DNA from: Bacillota bacterium
GTDB taxonomy: Bacteria > Bacillota > Clostridia > Saccharofermentanales > DTU023
Assembly: GCA_029570375.1 (NCBI GenBank)
Contig: JAKPXB010000038.1
Span: 5,899-69,898 of the forward strand
Reading direction: 5' to 3'
Length of the DNA stretch: 64,000 nt
The first letter of the stretch is position 1, and each line of letters opens with the position of its first letter. The translations under genes and the position numbers were made by a program. Under the pieces are notes generated by a model. The model searched no databases, was not told the DNA's origin, and worked only from the letters and a program-made list of their open reading frames with translations. Shown here one piece after another: positions 49,371 through 59,898 of this stretch.

Positions 49371-50663
49371 ATGGGCAGCATGCTTCAGACGATGGTGAAC
49401 GCTTGGAGAATTCCCGATCTCAAGAAGAAGATCACATTTACGCTCCTTGCGATTCTTATCTACCGTCTCGGAACAGCTATTCCGGCGCCGATGATTGACA
49501 GTGCGGCCTTTTCCGCGCTCGTCGATCGGTTCGGGCAGCTCGGTCAGTTCCTGGACATTATTTCAGGCGGCGCGTTTAAGTCAGTCTCCGTGCTGGCGCT
49601 CGGAATTTCTCCTTATATCAACGCGTCCATTATCATGCAGCTGCTGACATTCGCGATTCCCGCGCTCGAGCGCTTGTCAAAAGAAGGCGAAGTCGGCCAG
49701 AAAAAAATTCAGAAGATCACGCGCGTCGTGACGCTGGTGCTTTCTCTCGTCATGGCGACATCATACGCGTTGATGACACGCGGGACGACGACCCCCGGGT
49801 TCCCCGAGTGGTTCAGCCTTCTGATCGTCATCCTGAGTTTTGCCGCCGGCGCGTCTTTTGTGGTCTGGCTCGGCGAACAGATTGACGCGCGCGGTGTCGG
49901 CAACGGTATTTCGCTTATTATCTTTATCGGTATCGCGAGCCGGCTTCCGCAGGGTGTCAAGACGCTGTTCCTTTACTTCCAGAGCCTGACCGTGACGAAG
50001 AATATCTTTCTCGCCATCGGGCTGGTGCTCCTCACGGCCTTCGTCTTCCTCGCGATCATCACGGTGGTCGTCTTCGTTCAGAGTGCGGAGAGGCGGATTC
50101 CCGTGCAGTATACAAAACGCGTGGTCGGCCGCAAGGTCTACGGCGGACAGAGCACATACCTTCCGATCAAGGTCAACCAATCCGGCGTTCTGCCGGTCAT
50201 CTTCGCGATGTCCGTGCTGATGGTGCCGTCGACGATCGCGTCATTTACCGGGAGCACCGGGAAGTTCGCGACCTGGCTCATGAACTTCAATCAGAACCCG
50301 CTATACTATGTTGTCTACGTGATCATGATCATCGCTTTCACATTCTTCTACGCGATGATCAGCTTCAACCCCGTTGACATCGCGGGCAACCTGCAGAAGA
50401 ACGGCGGATATATTCTCGGCATTCGTCCGGGGCGCCCCACGGCCGATTTTATCGGCAAAACAGCGCGCCGCCTCAACTGGTTTGAGTCGGTATTTCTGGC
50501 GATTCTCGTCCTGATGCCCTCGCTGCTGGGAATGGCGACAGGCGCGCACGGCATCTGGTTCGGCGGAACAGCCGTTCTGATCCTGGTCGGCGTCGCGATG
50601 GATATTGTGAATCAGCTCGAAGCGCAGATGCTTATGCGCCACTACAAGGGTTTCCTTGATTGA
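49371..50663 (+). CDS. secY: preprotein translocase subunit SecY
   Basis: 430 aa with 10 TM helices, in the conserved position after rplO. Confidence 0.98.
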   Translation: MGSMLQTMVNAWRIPDLKKKITFTLLAILIYRLGTAIPAPMIDSAAFSALVDRFGQLGQFLDIISGGAFKSVSVLALGISPYINASIIMQLLTFAIPALERLSKEGEVGQKKIQKITRVVTLVLSLVMATSYALMTRGTTTPGFPEWFSLLIVILSFAAGASFVVWLGEQIDARGVGNGISLIIFIGIASRLPQGVKTLFLYFQSLTVTKNIFLAIGLVLLTAFVFLAIITVVVFVQSAERRIPVQYTKRVVGRKVYGGQSTYLPIKVNQSGVLPVIFAMSVLMVPSTIASFTGSTGKFATWLMNFNQNPLYYVVYVIMIIAFTFFYAMISFNPVDIAGNLQKNGGYILGIRPGRPTADFIGKTARRLNWFESVFLAILVLMPSLLGMATGAHGIWFGGTAVLILVGVAMDIVNQLEAQMLMRHYKGFLD

Positions 50664-50679
50664 TGAAGGGAGCGTGTTC

Positions 50680-51342
50680 ATGAAAAGAAGAATCATTATG
50701 CTGGGCGCGCCGGGCAGCGGCAAAGGAACGTGGTCGAAGATTATTTCGGACGCGAGAAAGCTGACCCATATCGCCACCGGCGATCTCTTCCGCCGCGAGC
50801 TGGCGGCTGAAACACCGCTCGGACTCGAAGTGAAGTCATACATGGAACGCGGCGCGCTCGTCCCTGACGAGCTGACCATCAGGCTCGTTGAGAAAGCGCT
50901 GACAGGTGAAAACGCCGCCTTAGGCTTCGTCCTGGACGGGTTTCCGCGGACGATTCCACAGGCGGAAGCGCTTGAGGCGATCCTCGCCAAACACGGTTGG
51001 AAGATCGACGCGGTCGTGGATCTCGCGATTGAAGAAGATGTCCTCATTGGACGGACACTCGCGAGGCTCGTCTGCAGCGGGTGCGGCCAGCCGTACAACG
51101 CGGTGAGCATGCAGCCGGCGGTTGAAGGCGTTTGCGACCGCTGCGGAGGCGAAGTGGTCCGCCGAGGCGATGACACGGAAGAGACGATCAAAAAGCGCAT
51201 GGAGACGTATCACGCGAATACAGCGCCTCTGATCGATTATTACCGGGAACGCGATCTGCTCGTCACGTTCTCAAATGAAGGTCCTCCGAATGAGGAAACG
51301 CGCGATCTTCTTTTTGCCATCATCGATGGGGATAAAAGGTAA
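50680..51342 (+). CDS. adk: adenylate kinase (zinc-lid type)
   Basis: P-loop GAPGSGKGT. Lid with CSGCG...CDRCGG. Confidence 0.97.
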   Translation: MKRRIIMLGAPGSGKGTWSKIISDARKLTHIATGDLFRRELAAETPLGLEVKSYMERGALVPDELTIRLVEKALTGENAALGFVLDGFPRTIPQAEALEAILAKHGWKIDAVVDLAIEEDVLIGRTLARLVCSGCGQPYNAVSMQPAVEGVCDRCGGEVVRRGDDTEETIKKRMETYHANTAPLIDYYRERDLLVTFSNEGPPNEETRDLLFAIIDGDKR

Positions 51343-51345
51343 CGC

Positions 51346-52110
51346 ATGATTCGGATCAAGTCAGATGATGAAATAGCCAGGATGAAGGGCGCCGGCGCGG
51401 TTGTCGCGGCTGTCTTCGAGGCGGTTGCCCCGTTGATGAAACCGGGGATATCGACAGGAGAGATCAACCGGACGGCGCACAGGGTTATCGTCGACGCGGG
51501 AGCGACACCGTCCTTTCTGGGATACGGTCCGGCCGAGGCGCCTTTCCCGGCGGCAACCTGCATCTCAATTGACGCGGAAGTCGTCCACGGGATACCGAGC
51601 GATAGCCGCATCCTGGAAGACGGCATGATTGTGTCGGTCGATGTGGGGGCGTGCCTTGACGGATATCACGGCGACGCCGCCAGAACCTACATCATCGGAG
51701 ACGTTCCCCCGCGCGTGAAAGAACTTGTCGAAGTGACAGAAGAAGCATTTTGGAAAGGTCTTGAACAGGCTTTGCCGGGCAAGAGGCTCGGTGACATTTC
51801 GTCCGCTGTGCAGGAACACTGCGAGGCGCACGGATTCGGAATCATCCGCGTGCTCACCGGGCACGGTGTGGGCGCGGAACTGCATGAATCTCCGAATCTG
51901 CCGAATTATGGCAGACGGGGGCGCGGGCTCAGACTCGAGGCCGGGATGACACTGGCGCTTGAGCCCATGGTGACACTCGGGTCTTTCAACGTCGCGATGA
52001 CGGCCAATAACTGGACATTTGAGACGGTGGACGGTCTTCCCGCCTCGCACTACGAGAACACGTTTGTCATCACAGACGACAAACCGGTCGTTCTGACTAT
52101 GCGCTCGTGA
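51346..52110 (+). CDS. map: type I methionine aminopeptidase
   Basis: 254 aa. Metal ligands lie in the DVGACLDGYHGD and HGVG contexts. Confidence 0.97.
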   Translation: MIRIKSDDEIARMKGAGAVVAAVFEAVAPLMKPGISTGEINRTAHRVIVDAGATPSFLGYGPAEAPFPAATCISIDAEVVHGIPSDSRILEDGMIVSVDVGACLDGYHGDAARTYIIGDVPPRVKELVEVTEEAFWKGLEQALPGKRLGDISSAVQEHCEAHGFGIIRVLTGHGVGAELHESPNLPNYGRRGRGLRLEAGMTLALEPMVTLGSFNVAMTANNWTFETVDGLPASHYENTFVITDDKPVVLTMRS

Positions 52111-52124
52111 GACGCCGACAGGCG

Positions 52125-52478
52125 ATGAGCGAATCCGATCGCACGGAAAGGACGCTGCCTGCCCGCTTTAAACCCGGGATGGCGGTCGTATCGCTTTCCG
52201 GCCACGATAGGGGAAGTCTTTACATCGTCATCGGGGTGAAAACGGACAACCGGCTGGTCCTCGCGGATGGCGGAAAGAGAAACCTCGCCAACGCGAAGCA
52301 AAAGAACATAAAACATGTCCGGGTACTCGGACAGGCGATGAGTTCACAAGATCTGGCGGAAGCGCTTCATCAGGAGCCTTGTGAGAGAGAACGCGACACA
52401 TTCATCAGGAAACTGATCCGCCAATGGATGGAGACAGAGCGCGCCGGCTCACAGGATAAGATGTCATCGGAGGAGTAG
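52125..52478 (+). CDS. KOW-domain RNA-binding protein (map-infA spacer gene of Firmicutes)
   Basis: KOW-like GMAVVSLSGHDRGSLYIVIG. Conserved position between map and infA. The start is uncertain (52107, 52125 or 52179). Confidence 0.65.
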   Translation: MSESDRTERTLPARFKPGMAVVSLSGHDRGSLYIVIGVKTDNRLVLADGGKRNLANAKQKNIKHVRVLGQAMSSQDLAEALHQEPCERERDTFIRKLIRQWMETERAGSQDKMSSEE

Positions 52479-52697
52479 ATGCCGAAAGAAGATAAAATCG
52501 AAGTAAAGGGAGTTGTTGTGGATGCCATGCCGAACGCCGTTTTCCGCGTAGAGCTTGAGAACGGTTTCGAAGTGATTGCGCACATTTCAGGCAAGCTGCG
52601 GCAGAATTACATCAAGATTCTGACGGGTGACCAGGTCACCGTCGAACTGTCGCCGTACGATCTGACGAGAGGGCGCATCACGTGGCGCTCTAAGTAA
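52479..52697 (+). CDS. infA: translation initiation factor IF-1
   Basis: 72 aa. [29 protein letters not shown]. Confidence 0.98.
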   Translation: MPKEDKIEVKGVVVDAMPNAVFRVELENGFEVIAHISGKLRQNYIKILTGDQVTVELSPYDLTRGRITWRSK

Positions 52698-52704
52698 AAA
52701 GAGC

Positions 52705-52733
52705 TTGCATTTTACAGCGTCTCGCGTTACAAT
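52705..52733 (+). promoter_or_regulatory. internal promoter ahead of rpmJ-rpsM-rpsK-rpsD-rpoA-rplQ
   Basis: TTGCAT, 17-nt spacer, TACAAT. Confidence 0.55.
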
Positions 52734-52776
52734 CATTTGCTGTGTATATTGGCACAGAACACTAAGGAGAAGAACC

Positions 52777-52890
52777 ATGAAAGTCAAACCTTCGGTCAAA
52801 CCCATCTGCGAAAAATGCCGTGTGATCAAGCGCCGCGGGCGTGTCATGGTAATCTGCAGTGACCCGAAACACAAGCAGAGACAGGGCTGA
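52777..52890 (+). CDS. rpmJ: 50S ribosomal protein L36
   Basis: 37 aa: [37 protein letters not shown]. Confidence 0.97.
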   Translation: MKVKPSVKPICEKCRVIKRRGRVMVICSDPKHKQRQG

Positions 52891-53006
52891 GCTTGCGTCT
52901 CGCCTAACCGAAATGACGCGACAATCCGTCCGGATACAAACAACAAACACGGATGTTTGATTCGTCGCTGATGATAGAAGCATACGAGCATAATTGGAGG
53001 TAGCGA

Positions 53007-53375
53007 ATGGCACGTATTGCCGGGGTAGATTTGCCCAATGATAAACGCGTTGAGATCGGCCTGACCGCCATTTACGGCATTGGCCGCTCACGATCAACTG
53101 AAATCCTCGCGGCGGCTGAAGTCAGCCCCGATACGCGCGTCCGTGATCTGACGGATGACGAAATCACGCGTATCCGCGAGGCGATGGAAGATCATTACAT
53201 CGTTGAAGGTGATTTGCGCCGAGAACGCGCAATGAACATAAAGCGCCTTTCGGAAATTGGCTGTTACCGCGGCCGCCGTCACCGTCTCGGTTTACCGGTC
53301 AGGGGACAGCGCACGCGCACAAACGCGAGAACACGCAAAGGCCCGAAACGCACCATGGCGAAGAAAAAGAGATAA
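53007..53375 (+). CDS. rpsM: 30S ribosomal protein S13
   Basis: 122 aa. [15 protein letters not shown]. Confidence 0.98.
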   Translation: MARIAGVDLPNDKRVEIGLTAIYGIGRSRSTEILAAAEVSPDTRVRDLTDDEITRIREAMEDHYIVEGDLRRERAMNIKRLSEIGCYRGRRHRLGLPVRGQRTRTNARTRKGPKRTMAKKKR

Positions 53376-53387
53376 GGAGGACGAACC

Positions 53388-53792
53388 GTGGCTAGTAAAA
53401 AAGGTGGACGTCCGGCGGCCAGAACGAGAAGGCGCGACCGGAAGAATGTCGAACGCGGAGCAGCGCATATTCATTCGTCCTTTAATAATACCATTGTAAC
53501 AATCACTGATCCGGCCGGTAACGTGATATCGTGGTCAAGCGCCGGCGCTCAGGGCATGAAAGGTTCGCGCAAGGGGACGCCGTTCGCGGCGCAGCTCGCA
53601 GCCGAGACAGCCGCTCGTAAAGCCGTCGAACACGGCATGAAGACCATTGAGGTGTTCGTGCGCGGTCCCGGATCGGGGCGTGAGTCTGCCATCCGCGCGC
53701 TCGCGACAGGCGGCCTTGAGATTGTGATGATCAAAGACGTGACACCGATTCCGCACAACGGGTGCCGTCCGCCCAAGCGCAGAAGAGTATAA
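53388..53792 (+). CDS. rpsK: 30S ribosomal protein S11
   Basis: 134 aa. [21 protein letters not shown] start 7 nt after AAGGAGG. Confidence 0.98.
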   Translation: MASKKGGRPAARTRRRDRKNVERGAAHIHSSFNNTIVTITDPAGNVISWSSAGAQGMKGSRKGTPFAAQLAAETAARKAVEHGMKTIEVFVRGPGSGRESAIRALATGGLEIVMIKDVTPIPHNGCRPPKRRRV

Positions 53793-53806
53793 GAGGAGAA
53801 CCAGGC

Positions 53807-54388
53807 ATGGCGAAAGATCGTTCACCCATCATGAAGAGGGCCCGTTCACTTGAAGTGACACCTCAGATGCTGGGAATCAATAAAAAATCGAACAGAAACC
53901 CGAAACAATCGCGCAAGAAGGAAGGCGAGTATGGCCGCCAGCTGCGCGCGAAACAATCAGTTAAATTTATCTACGGCGTACTTGAGAAGCAGTTCCGCAA
54001 CACGTATGACCGCGCGACCAAGATGCCCGGCAAGAGCGGTGAAAATCTGCTGAAGCTGCTGGAGCTCAGACTCGATAACATCGTCTACCGCATGGGGCTC
54101 GCTTCGACGCGCGCGCAGGCGCGTCAGCTGATCGGCCATGGTCACTTTAACGTGAACGGCCGCCGCGCGAGTATTCCCTCGATGATGATATCTCCCGGTG
54201 ATGAGATTTCTGTCCGTGAGAATTCCCGCAGCGCGAAAGTTTTTGACGATCTCCCGAACCCGATCGTTCCGACCTGGATGACTTTTGACGTGTCCGCCCT
54301 CAAAGGCACGGTTCTCAGAATCCCGGAACGTGAAGAGATTGACACCCCCGTCGAAGAGACACTGATTGTCGAGCTTTACTCGAAGTAA
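53807..54388 (+). CDS. rpsD: 30S ribosomal protein S4
   Basis: MAKDRSPIMKRARSLEV... plus an S4 RNA-binding domain. ATG at 53807 follows GAGGAG. Confidence 0.96.
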   Translation: MAKDRSPIMKRARSLEVTPQMLGINKKSNRNPKQSRKKEGEYGRQLRAKQSVKFIYGVLEKQFRNTYDRATKMPGKSGENLLKLLELRLDNIVYRMGLASTRAQARQLIGHGHFNVNGRRASIPSMMISPGDEISVRENSRSAKVFDDLPNPIVPTWMTFDVSALKGTVLRIPEREEIDTPVEETLIVELYSK

Positions 54389-54427
54389 TGCACCGCCTGT
54401 TCATACAGCCCGACCATGGAGGTCCTC

Positions 54428-55381
54428 ATGATTGAAGTCAGAAACACACAAATTGAATATACGACCCATTCAGAAGATGAAACATACGGTCTGTTTGTCG
54501 CCGAGCCGCTCGAGCGCGGTTACGGCATAACGCTGGGCAACGCGCTCCGCCGCGTTCTGCTCTCATCTCTTCCTGGCTGCGCTGTCACTTCCATCCGCAT
54601 TGAAGGGGTATTCCAGGAATACTCGACGATTCCGGGCGTGGTCGAAGATGTCACGGAAATACTGCTGAATATTAAGCAGATCCGCGCGAAACTGCATGTG
54701 CCGGGTCCCAAGACGGTATTCATCAACAAAGAAGCCAACTACTCCGGCCCGGTCCGCGCGGGAGAGTTTATTCAGAGCGATGAACTCGAGATTATGAATC
54801 CTGATCTCGTGATCGCGCACATGAATGGCGAAGGTTCCCTCTTTATGGGGCTGACATTCAATTCCGGCGTGGGGTATAAGAGCGCGGAACAGAACAAAGA
54901 CGCGAACGCGCCGATCGGCGTGATCCCGATTGACAGTATCTTCACCCCCGTCCGCAAGGTAAACTATCATGTGGAAGATACGCGTGTCGGCCAGGTGACT
55001 GACTACGATAAACTGGCGCTTGAAATCTGGACCGACGGAACGATTACAGCGGAAGAATCGCTTTCCAAAGCATCCGAGATCCTGATCGACCATCTGAATC
55101 TTTTTCTGTCGATGACGCACGACAAAGCAGTCCCCGAGACGGAGACAGTGCGGATCGAAGAAAAGGAAAAGAGTATCTACGACGCCCCGATTGAGGAATT
55201 GAAATTCTCAACGCGTATTTTCAATTCGCTCAAGCGCGCGGACATCCATACCGTCGCGGATCTCGTGGCAAAATCACACGAAGACCTGATGAAAGTAAGA
55301 AATCTCGGAACGACTTCGCTTGAAGAACTTATTGACAAGCTGGCCGCGCTGGATCTGAAACTGGCTGACTCAGAAGAATAA
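54428..55381 (+). CDS. rpoA: DNA-directed RNA polymerase subunit alpha
   Basis: N-terminal domain ([18 protein letters not shown]) and C-terminal domain ([20 protein letters not shown]). ATG at 54428 follows GGAGG. Confidence 0.97.
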   Translation: MIEVRNTQIEYTTHSEDETYGLFVAEPLERGYGITLGNALRRVLLSSLPGCAVTSIRIEGVFQEYSTIPGVVEDVTEILLNIKQIRAKLHVPGPKTVFINKEANYSGPVRAGEFIQSDELEIMNPDLVIAHMNGEGSLFMGLTFNSGVGYKSAEQNKDANAPIGVIPIDSIFTPVRKVNYHVEDTRVGQVTDYDKLALEIWTDGTITAEESLSKASEILIDHLNLFLSMTHDKAVPETETVRIEEKEKSIYDAPIEELKFSTRIFNSLKRADIHTVADLVAKSHEDLMKVRNLGTTSLEELIDKLAALDLKLADSEE

Positions 55382-55403
55382 GGAAAAAAAGGAGTACAAA
55401 CTC

Positions 55404-55928
55404 ATGGCAGGATATAGAAGACTCAGCCAGAAGACGGCTGCGAGAAAATCGATGTTGAGGAACCTCGTCACTTCTCTGATCGTGAACGGAAAGGTGACAA
55501 CGACGGAGACGCGCGCGAAAGAAGCGGCGCGCATCGCCGAGCAGATCATTTCACTCGCGGTGAAAGAGCAGAAGAATTTCACCACGAAGACGATCAAAGT
55601 GTCGAGCGCAAAGCTTGACGACAAAGGGCGCAAAGTTCTCCGTTCAGCGACCTCAAAGAACGAGCGGGCTTACGATGTCGTTGAGCGCGAGATGAAGACG
55701 AAGACTGTCCAGGTCGATATGCCTTCCCGTCTTGCCGCCCGCCGTCAGATTCTGAACGTGCTCGTTGAAGCCCGCAATGAAGAAGGCAAGCGTGTCAACA
55801 CGGTGAATCATCTGTTCAATACGGTCGCTCCGCGTTACATCGGACGATCAGGCGGCTTTACGCGCATTACGAAGCTCGGAGCGCGCCGCGGGGACGCTGC
55901 CCCGATGGCGGTTATTGAACTGGTTTAG
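55404..55928 (+). CDS. rplQ: 50S ribosomal protein L17 with internal insertion
   Basis: L17 N-terminus ([18 protein letters not shown]) and C-terminus ([25 protein letters not shown]). Confidence 0.96.
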   Translation: MAGYRRLSQKTAARKSMLRNLVTSLIVNGKVTTTETRAKEAARIAEQIISLAVKEQKNFTTKTIKVSSAKLDDKGRKVLRSATSKNERAYDVVEREMKTKTVQVDMPSRLAARRQILNVLVEARNEEGKRVNTVNHLFNTVAPRYIGRSGGFTRITKLGARRGDAAPMAVIELV

Positions 55929-55974
55929 ATTCGCGTTACAGACGATTTCCGTGAAGTGGATCGATGAAGTGCTT

Positions 55975-56009
55975 GGACTGATTGCCTCCGGCTTTCAGTC
56001 CTTTGTTTT
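55975..56009 (+). terminator. rho-independent terminator after rplQ
   Basis: GGACTGATTGCC TCC GGCTTTCAGTCC stem followed by TTTGTTTT. Confidence 0.7.
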
Positions 56010-56128
56010 GGGGGAATATGACCGGCCGGCCGGAAGAGCCGACTGCCGGTTCCCTCTTACGGCAGGACAGCCGGCGTTGAGGCAGCCGGCGTGCGGGGTT
56101 GCGTAACCGCTTGGCAAGAGGAGCAGGC

Positions 56129-58081
56129 ATGATCCAATTCAAAGATGTCAGCTTTACTTACGGGGCTTACGAGGGTCAGCTCCCTGTTCCCGCTGTCGAT
56201 CATGTCTCTTTCCACATCAGAAAAGGCTCCCATGTGGCGTTGCTCGGGCGCAACGGATCGGGCAAATCGACCATCGCCCGCCTGATGAACGGCCTGCTTC
56301 TGCCTGATGAGGGAGAAGTGTTTGTCAGCGGGATGAATACAGCAGATGCGCATGATATCGTGGAGATCCGCCGGCGATGCGGCATGGTCTTCCAGAATCC
56401 GGACAATCAGCTGATTGGCGCGACCGTCGGGGATGACGCGGCGTTCGGTCCCTGCAATCTCGGACTGCCGGTCGGCGAGGTCAAAAGCCGCGTCGAAGAA
56501 TCCCTGAAAAGAGCGGGACTTTATGAGATGCGTGACCGCGCGCCGAGTGATCTCTCCGGCGGACAGAAACAGAAACTTGCGATCGCGTCCATACTGGCGA
56601 TGAAACCCGACTGTATTATCCTGGACGAGGCGACTTCCATGCTCGATCCCGTCGCGCGCCGGGAAGTCATGGCGCTCATCCTCGAACTGAAGAATAAACA
56701 CGGTATTTCAATCGTTCAGATTACACATCATATGGAAGAAGCGGTGCTGGCCGATTATATCTATGTGATCAGCGATGGCCGCGTTGCCCTGCACGGAACA
56801 CCGGCGGATGTTTTTGACCAGGCTGACCGGGTGAGAGCGGAAGGTCTGGCCGTTCCCACCCACATTGAAATCGCTCACCGGATCGCAAAGGCGGCGGGCG
56901 CCGCGTATCACCCGGATGAAATTTTCACATTTGAGGGAGCGGTGGCGTTCACGCGCCACGCGCTTCGCTTCATTGAAGACGACCAGGGCGCGATGGGCCG
57001 CGCGGCCGCGCTGTCTTCGGCGGGGGAGAAGAGCGAAGACAGCTGTCATGTGTCTCTCTCCGGCCAGGGAGCGGGCTGTCTTCGGGAGGAGAAAACAGAC
57101 TGCTCCGCCGGGCCGGCTGCGCACTGTGAGCCGGTGATTGAGGTTGAAAATCTTTCGTATACTTATGATACGCACACGGGAGAGCCGGTAGCCGCACTTA
57201 CGGATGTTTCGCTCACCGTCGGAAGAGGGGAAATCCTGGGGATCGTCGGGCATACGGGTTCGGGGAAGTCGACATTGATCCAGCATATGAACGGAATCAT
57301 TCCTTCAAAGAAGAATACAGTCCGCGTGCTGGGGCGGGATCTTTCGGAGAGGCGGACGGTCCGCGATATCCGCCGCCACGTCGGTCTTCTGTTTCAGTAC
57401 CCCGAAGACCAGCTTTTTGAAGAGACGGTAGCGCTCGACATCGCCTTCGCGCCCAAACAGCTGGAAAGAAACCCTGAAGAGGTCGAGAAGGCTGTTCTGC
57501 GCGCAGCGCGGCGGCTTGGCGTCGAATCCGTGCTGCAGCGGTCTCCCTTCGAACTGTCCGGCGGTCAGAGGAGGCGCGTCGCGATCGCGGGTGTTCTGGC
57601 GGCCGAACCTGACATTATCATTCTTGATGAACCGGCCGCCGGCCTCGACCCCGCGGGGCAGGATGAGTTATTCGCCGATCTTCTGACACTCACTTCGGAA
57701 GGGGCGACGCTTCTGATCGTATCGCACGATATGGAAACTATGGCGCGGCTCTGTCACCGCATGATCGTCATGAAAGACGGCCGGGTCGCCGGTGACGGAT
57801 CACCGAATGAGATTACCGCTTCAGCGGAGTTTCTGGAGAGCGTATCCCTTTCGATGCCGCCTTCCAAGAGTTTTCTCAATTGTTTTACAGACAGATACCC
57901 GGCACTTGACACGAGCTGTTTCACAGCAGCGGATGCCGCGGTGAAACTTCTCCTCGCGGCAGGGGGTGCCGCAAAAGCGGATGAACCGCCAGCCGCGCCG
58001 CCCGGGGAGGTCTCGAACGGCAAAGACAAGACGCACGCGCGCGCCGAATTCCCTTTGAACCGGAGGACACGGCAGCCATGA
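56129..58081 (+). CDS. ecfA: ECF transporter energizing ATPase, fused EcfA1-EcfA2 in one ORF
   Basis: Two complete NBDs in one frame: GRNGSGKST / LSGGQKQK / ILDEATSMLD and GHTGSGKST / LSGGQRRR / ILDEPAAGLD. They are joined by a linker of about 55 aa. Followed by ecfT with an ATGA overlap. Confidence 0.9.
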   Translation: MIQFKDVSFTYGAYEGQLPVPAVDHVSFHIRKGSHVALLGRNGSGKSTIARLMNGLLLPDEGEVFVSGMNTADAHDIVEIRRRCGMVFQNPDNQLIGATVGDDAAFGPCNLGLPVGEVKSRVEESLKRAGLYEMRDRAPSDLSGGQKQKLAIASILAMKPDCIILDEATSMLDPVARREVMALILELKNKHGISIVQITHHMEEAVLADYIYVISDGRVALHGTPADVFDQADRVRAEGLAVPTHIEIAHRIAKAAGAAYHPDEIFTFEGAVAFTRHALRFIEDDQGAMGRAAALSSAGEKSEDSCHVSLSGQGAGCLREEKTDCSAGPAAHCEPVIEVENLSYTYDTHTGEPVAALTDVSLTVGRGEILGIVGHTGSGKSTLIQHMNGIIPSKKNTVRVLGRDLSERRTVRDIRRHVGLLFQYPEDQLFEETVALDIAFAPKQLERNPEEVEKAVLRAARRLGVESVLQRSPFELSGGQRRRVAIAGVLAAEPDIIILDEPAAGLDPAGQDELFADLLTLTSEGATLLIVSHDMETMARLCHRMIVMKDGRVAGDGSPNEITASAEFLESVSLSMPPSKSFLNCFTDRYPALDTSCFTAADAAVKLLLAAGGAAKADEPPAAPPGEVSNGKDKTHARAEFPLNRRTRQP

Positions 58082-58872
58082 GATCGCGGAGTATGCTTGG
58101 AAGATCCGTGCCGGGCACGTCGCTGATTCACCGCCTCGACGCGCGGGTAAAGTTTCTGGGCGCGGTGCTTCTGATGGGCGCGGCACTCATGGTCAGAGAT
58201 GTCCGCGCACTCGGCGTGCTCGCCCTTTGGACAGTGGCGGTCATCATCATTTCGCGGATCAGAGTCATACTGATCCTGCGCAGTATCCGCCCTCTTCTGT
58301 TTGTCATCCTTTTCGCTGTGCTGGTACATGTGCTGACAGCGGAGGGACGCGTCCTCCTCCAGCTGGGAAGCTTCCGCATCACGGAGGAGGGACTGATATC
58401 AGGCGGGTTGTCCGCCCTGAGGCTGGCATTCATGGTGATCAATACCACCATTTTTCTGACGCTGACAACGACTCCTCTCGATATCGCGGATGCATTGGAA
58501 TCGCTGCTGTCACCGCTTCGTTTCCTGAAATTCCCGGTCCACGAATTTGCGATGATGATGTCGATCGCGCTCCGCTTTGTGCCGACGCTGTTGGACGAGT
58601 CGACAAAAATTATGAAGGCGCAGTCTTCGCGCGGCGCCGATTACGACACCGGCGGTATTCTTCACAGAATACGCGGACTCGTGAGTATACTGGTTCCCCT
58701 GTTCGTCTCGAGCTTCCGGCGCGCGGATGACCTCGCCATCGCGATGGAAGCGCGCTGCTATCAGAGCGGGGCGTCGAGAACAAAACTTCATATAGCGAAG
58801 CTGTGTGCGCGTGATATCGTGTTTATTATTCTAGTTATCGCACTCTTCCTCATGGTTCTCTTCGGTATTTAA
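58078..58872 (+). CDS. ecfT: ECF transporter transmembrane (T) component
   Basis: 264 aa multi-TM protein with the conserved ARG motifs (ALRFVPTLLDE, MEARCY). Confidence 0.93.
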   Translation: MRSRSMLGRSVPGTSLIHRLDARVKFLGAVLLMGAALMVRDVRALGVLALWTVAVIIISRIRVILILRSIRPLLFVILFAVLVHVLTAEGRVLLQLGSFRITEEGLISGGLSALRLAFMVINTTIFLTLTTTPLDIADALESLLSPLRFLKFPVHEFAMMMSIALRFVPTLLDESTKIMKAQSSRGADYDTGGILHRIRGLVSILVPLFVSSFRRADDLAIAMEARCYQSGASRTKLHIAKLCARDIVFIILVIALFLMVLFGI

Positions 58873-58954
58873 CGGAAATCCCCTGTTTGGTCACGGATGG
58901 CCCGGAATCAGGCGTCATTTATATCCTCGCGGCGAACAGTGCTATGATGGGTGA

Positions 58955-59836
58955 GTGAATATCTACCCGGACAATGCGATCCAGTACGCAATCATGACTG
59001 AGTTTGACGGTTCCGCTTTTCACGGATGGCAGCGGCAGGTTAATGCGCCGTCTGTTCAGGGGTGTCTGGAGAGCGCCTGGCGGGAACTGACTGGAGAGAG
59101 CGTCGCGCTCATCGGCGGAAGCCGAACGGACGCCGGTGTATCAGCCTCCGGGCATGTCGCGGCTTTTCACTCTGCCACATCAATCCCCGTAGACAGAATC
59201 GCGCGCGCCTGGAACACGAAACTTCCGGAGAGTGTCGCGGTCCGGGCGGTGAGGAAAGTCAGCCGCCTTTTTAACCCTCGGTATGACGCGCTGGGGAAAC
59301 ATTACAGATACACAATCCTTACGGGCGATACACGGCCTGTTCTGAGACGCCGCACGACTGCGTTCATTCCCGGTGAACTGGATGTCGATGCGATGAGATC
59401 CGCGATTCCGTTTCTGCGGGGAACTCACAATTTTTCTTCTTTTATGGACCAGGGTTCGCCGACAAAGCGTTTCGGGAGAACCCTGCACGAGATCACGATA
59501 GAAGGAGAGACGGAACTTGTCATTGCGATGAAAGGCGACGGATTTCTCTACCATATGGCCCGCATCATCGCGGGGACACTCGTGTATATCGGCCAGGGGA
59601 AAATAGCGCCGGATGAACTTCCATCCGTTTTCGCGGCATCAGACAGAACGCTCGCGGGGCCGACCATGCCGGCGGAGGGACTTCTTCTGGAACGCGTTTA
59701 CTTCGCGGCCGATCTGTTCGGAGGCGACCGCTGGCCTTACGAAGACGAGAGGCGGGAAGCGAAGCTCAGGACACTCCTGCCGGGTGAACCATCCTGTTCT
59801 CCACGTGCGGAACAGACGGATGGAACAATAACATGA
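58955..59836 (+). CDS. truA: tRNA pseudouridine(38-40) synthase
   Basis: EFDGSAFHGWQRQ and the GGSRTDAGVSA catalytic Asp motif. GTG start. C-terminal extension of about 40 aa. Confidence 0.93.
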   Translation: MNIYPDNAIQYAIMTEFDGSAFHGWQRQVNAPSVQGCLESAWRELTGESVALIGGSRTDAGVSASGHVAAFHSATSIPVDRIARAWNTKLPESVAVRAVRKVSRLFNPRYDALGKHYRYTILTGDTRPVLRRRTTAFIPGELDVDAMRSAIPFLRGTHNFSSFMDQGSPTKRFGRTLHEITIEGETELVIAMKGDGFLYHMARIIAGTLVYIGQGKIAPDELPSVFAASDRTLAGPTMPAEGLLLERVYFAADLFGGDRWPYEDERREAKLRTLLPGEPSCSPRAEQTDGTIT

Positions 59837-59898
59837 CGTTTACATCAACAATGACACATAGACAGAAATGACATGGATGCCGTAAAGGAGGAATTATT

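Noticed and set aside
48598-51200. Long minus-strand ORFs (48598-49320 and 50301-51200) opposite rpsE/rpmD/rplO and secY/adk
   Set aside because: They are antisense to unmistakable conserved genes and have a low-complexity Ser/Arg/Pro composition.
56099-56128. Upstream extension of the ecfA ORF (MRNRLARGAG)
   Set aside because: The ATG at 56129 is preceded by AGAGGAG and gives the canonical MIQFKDVSFTY EcfA N-terminus.
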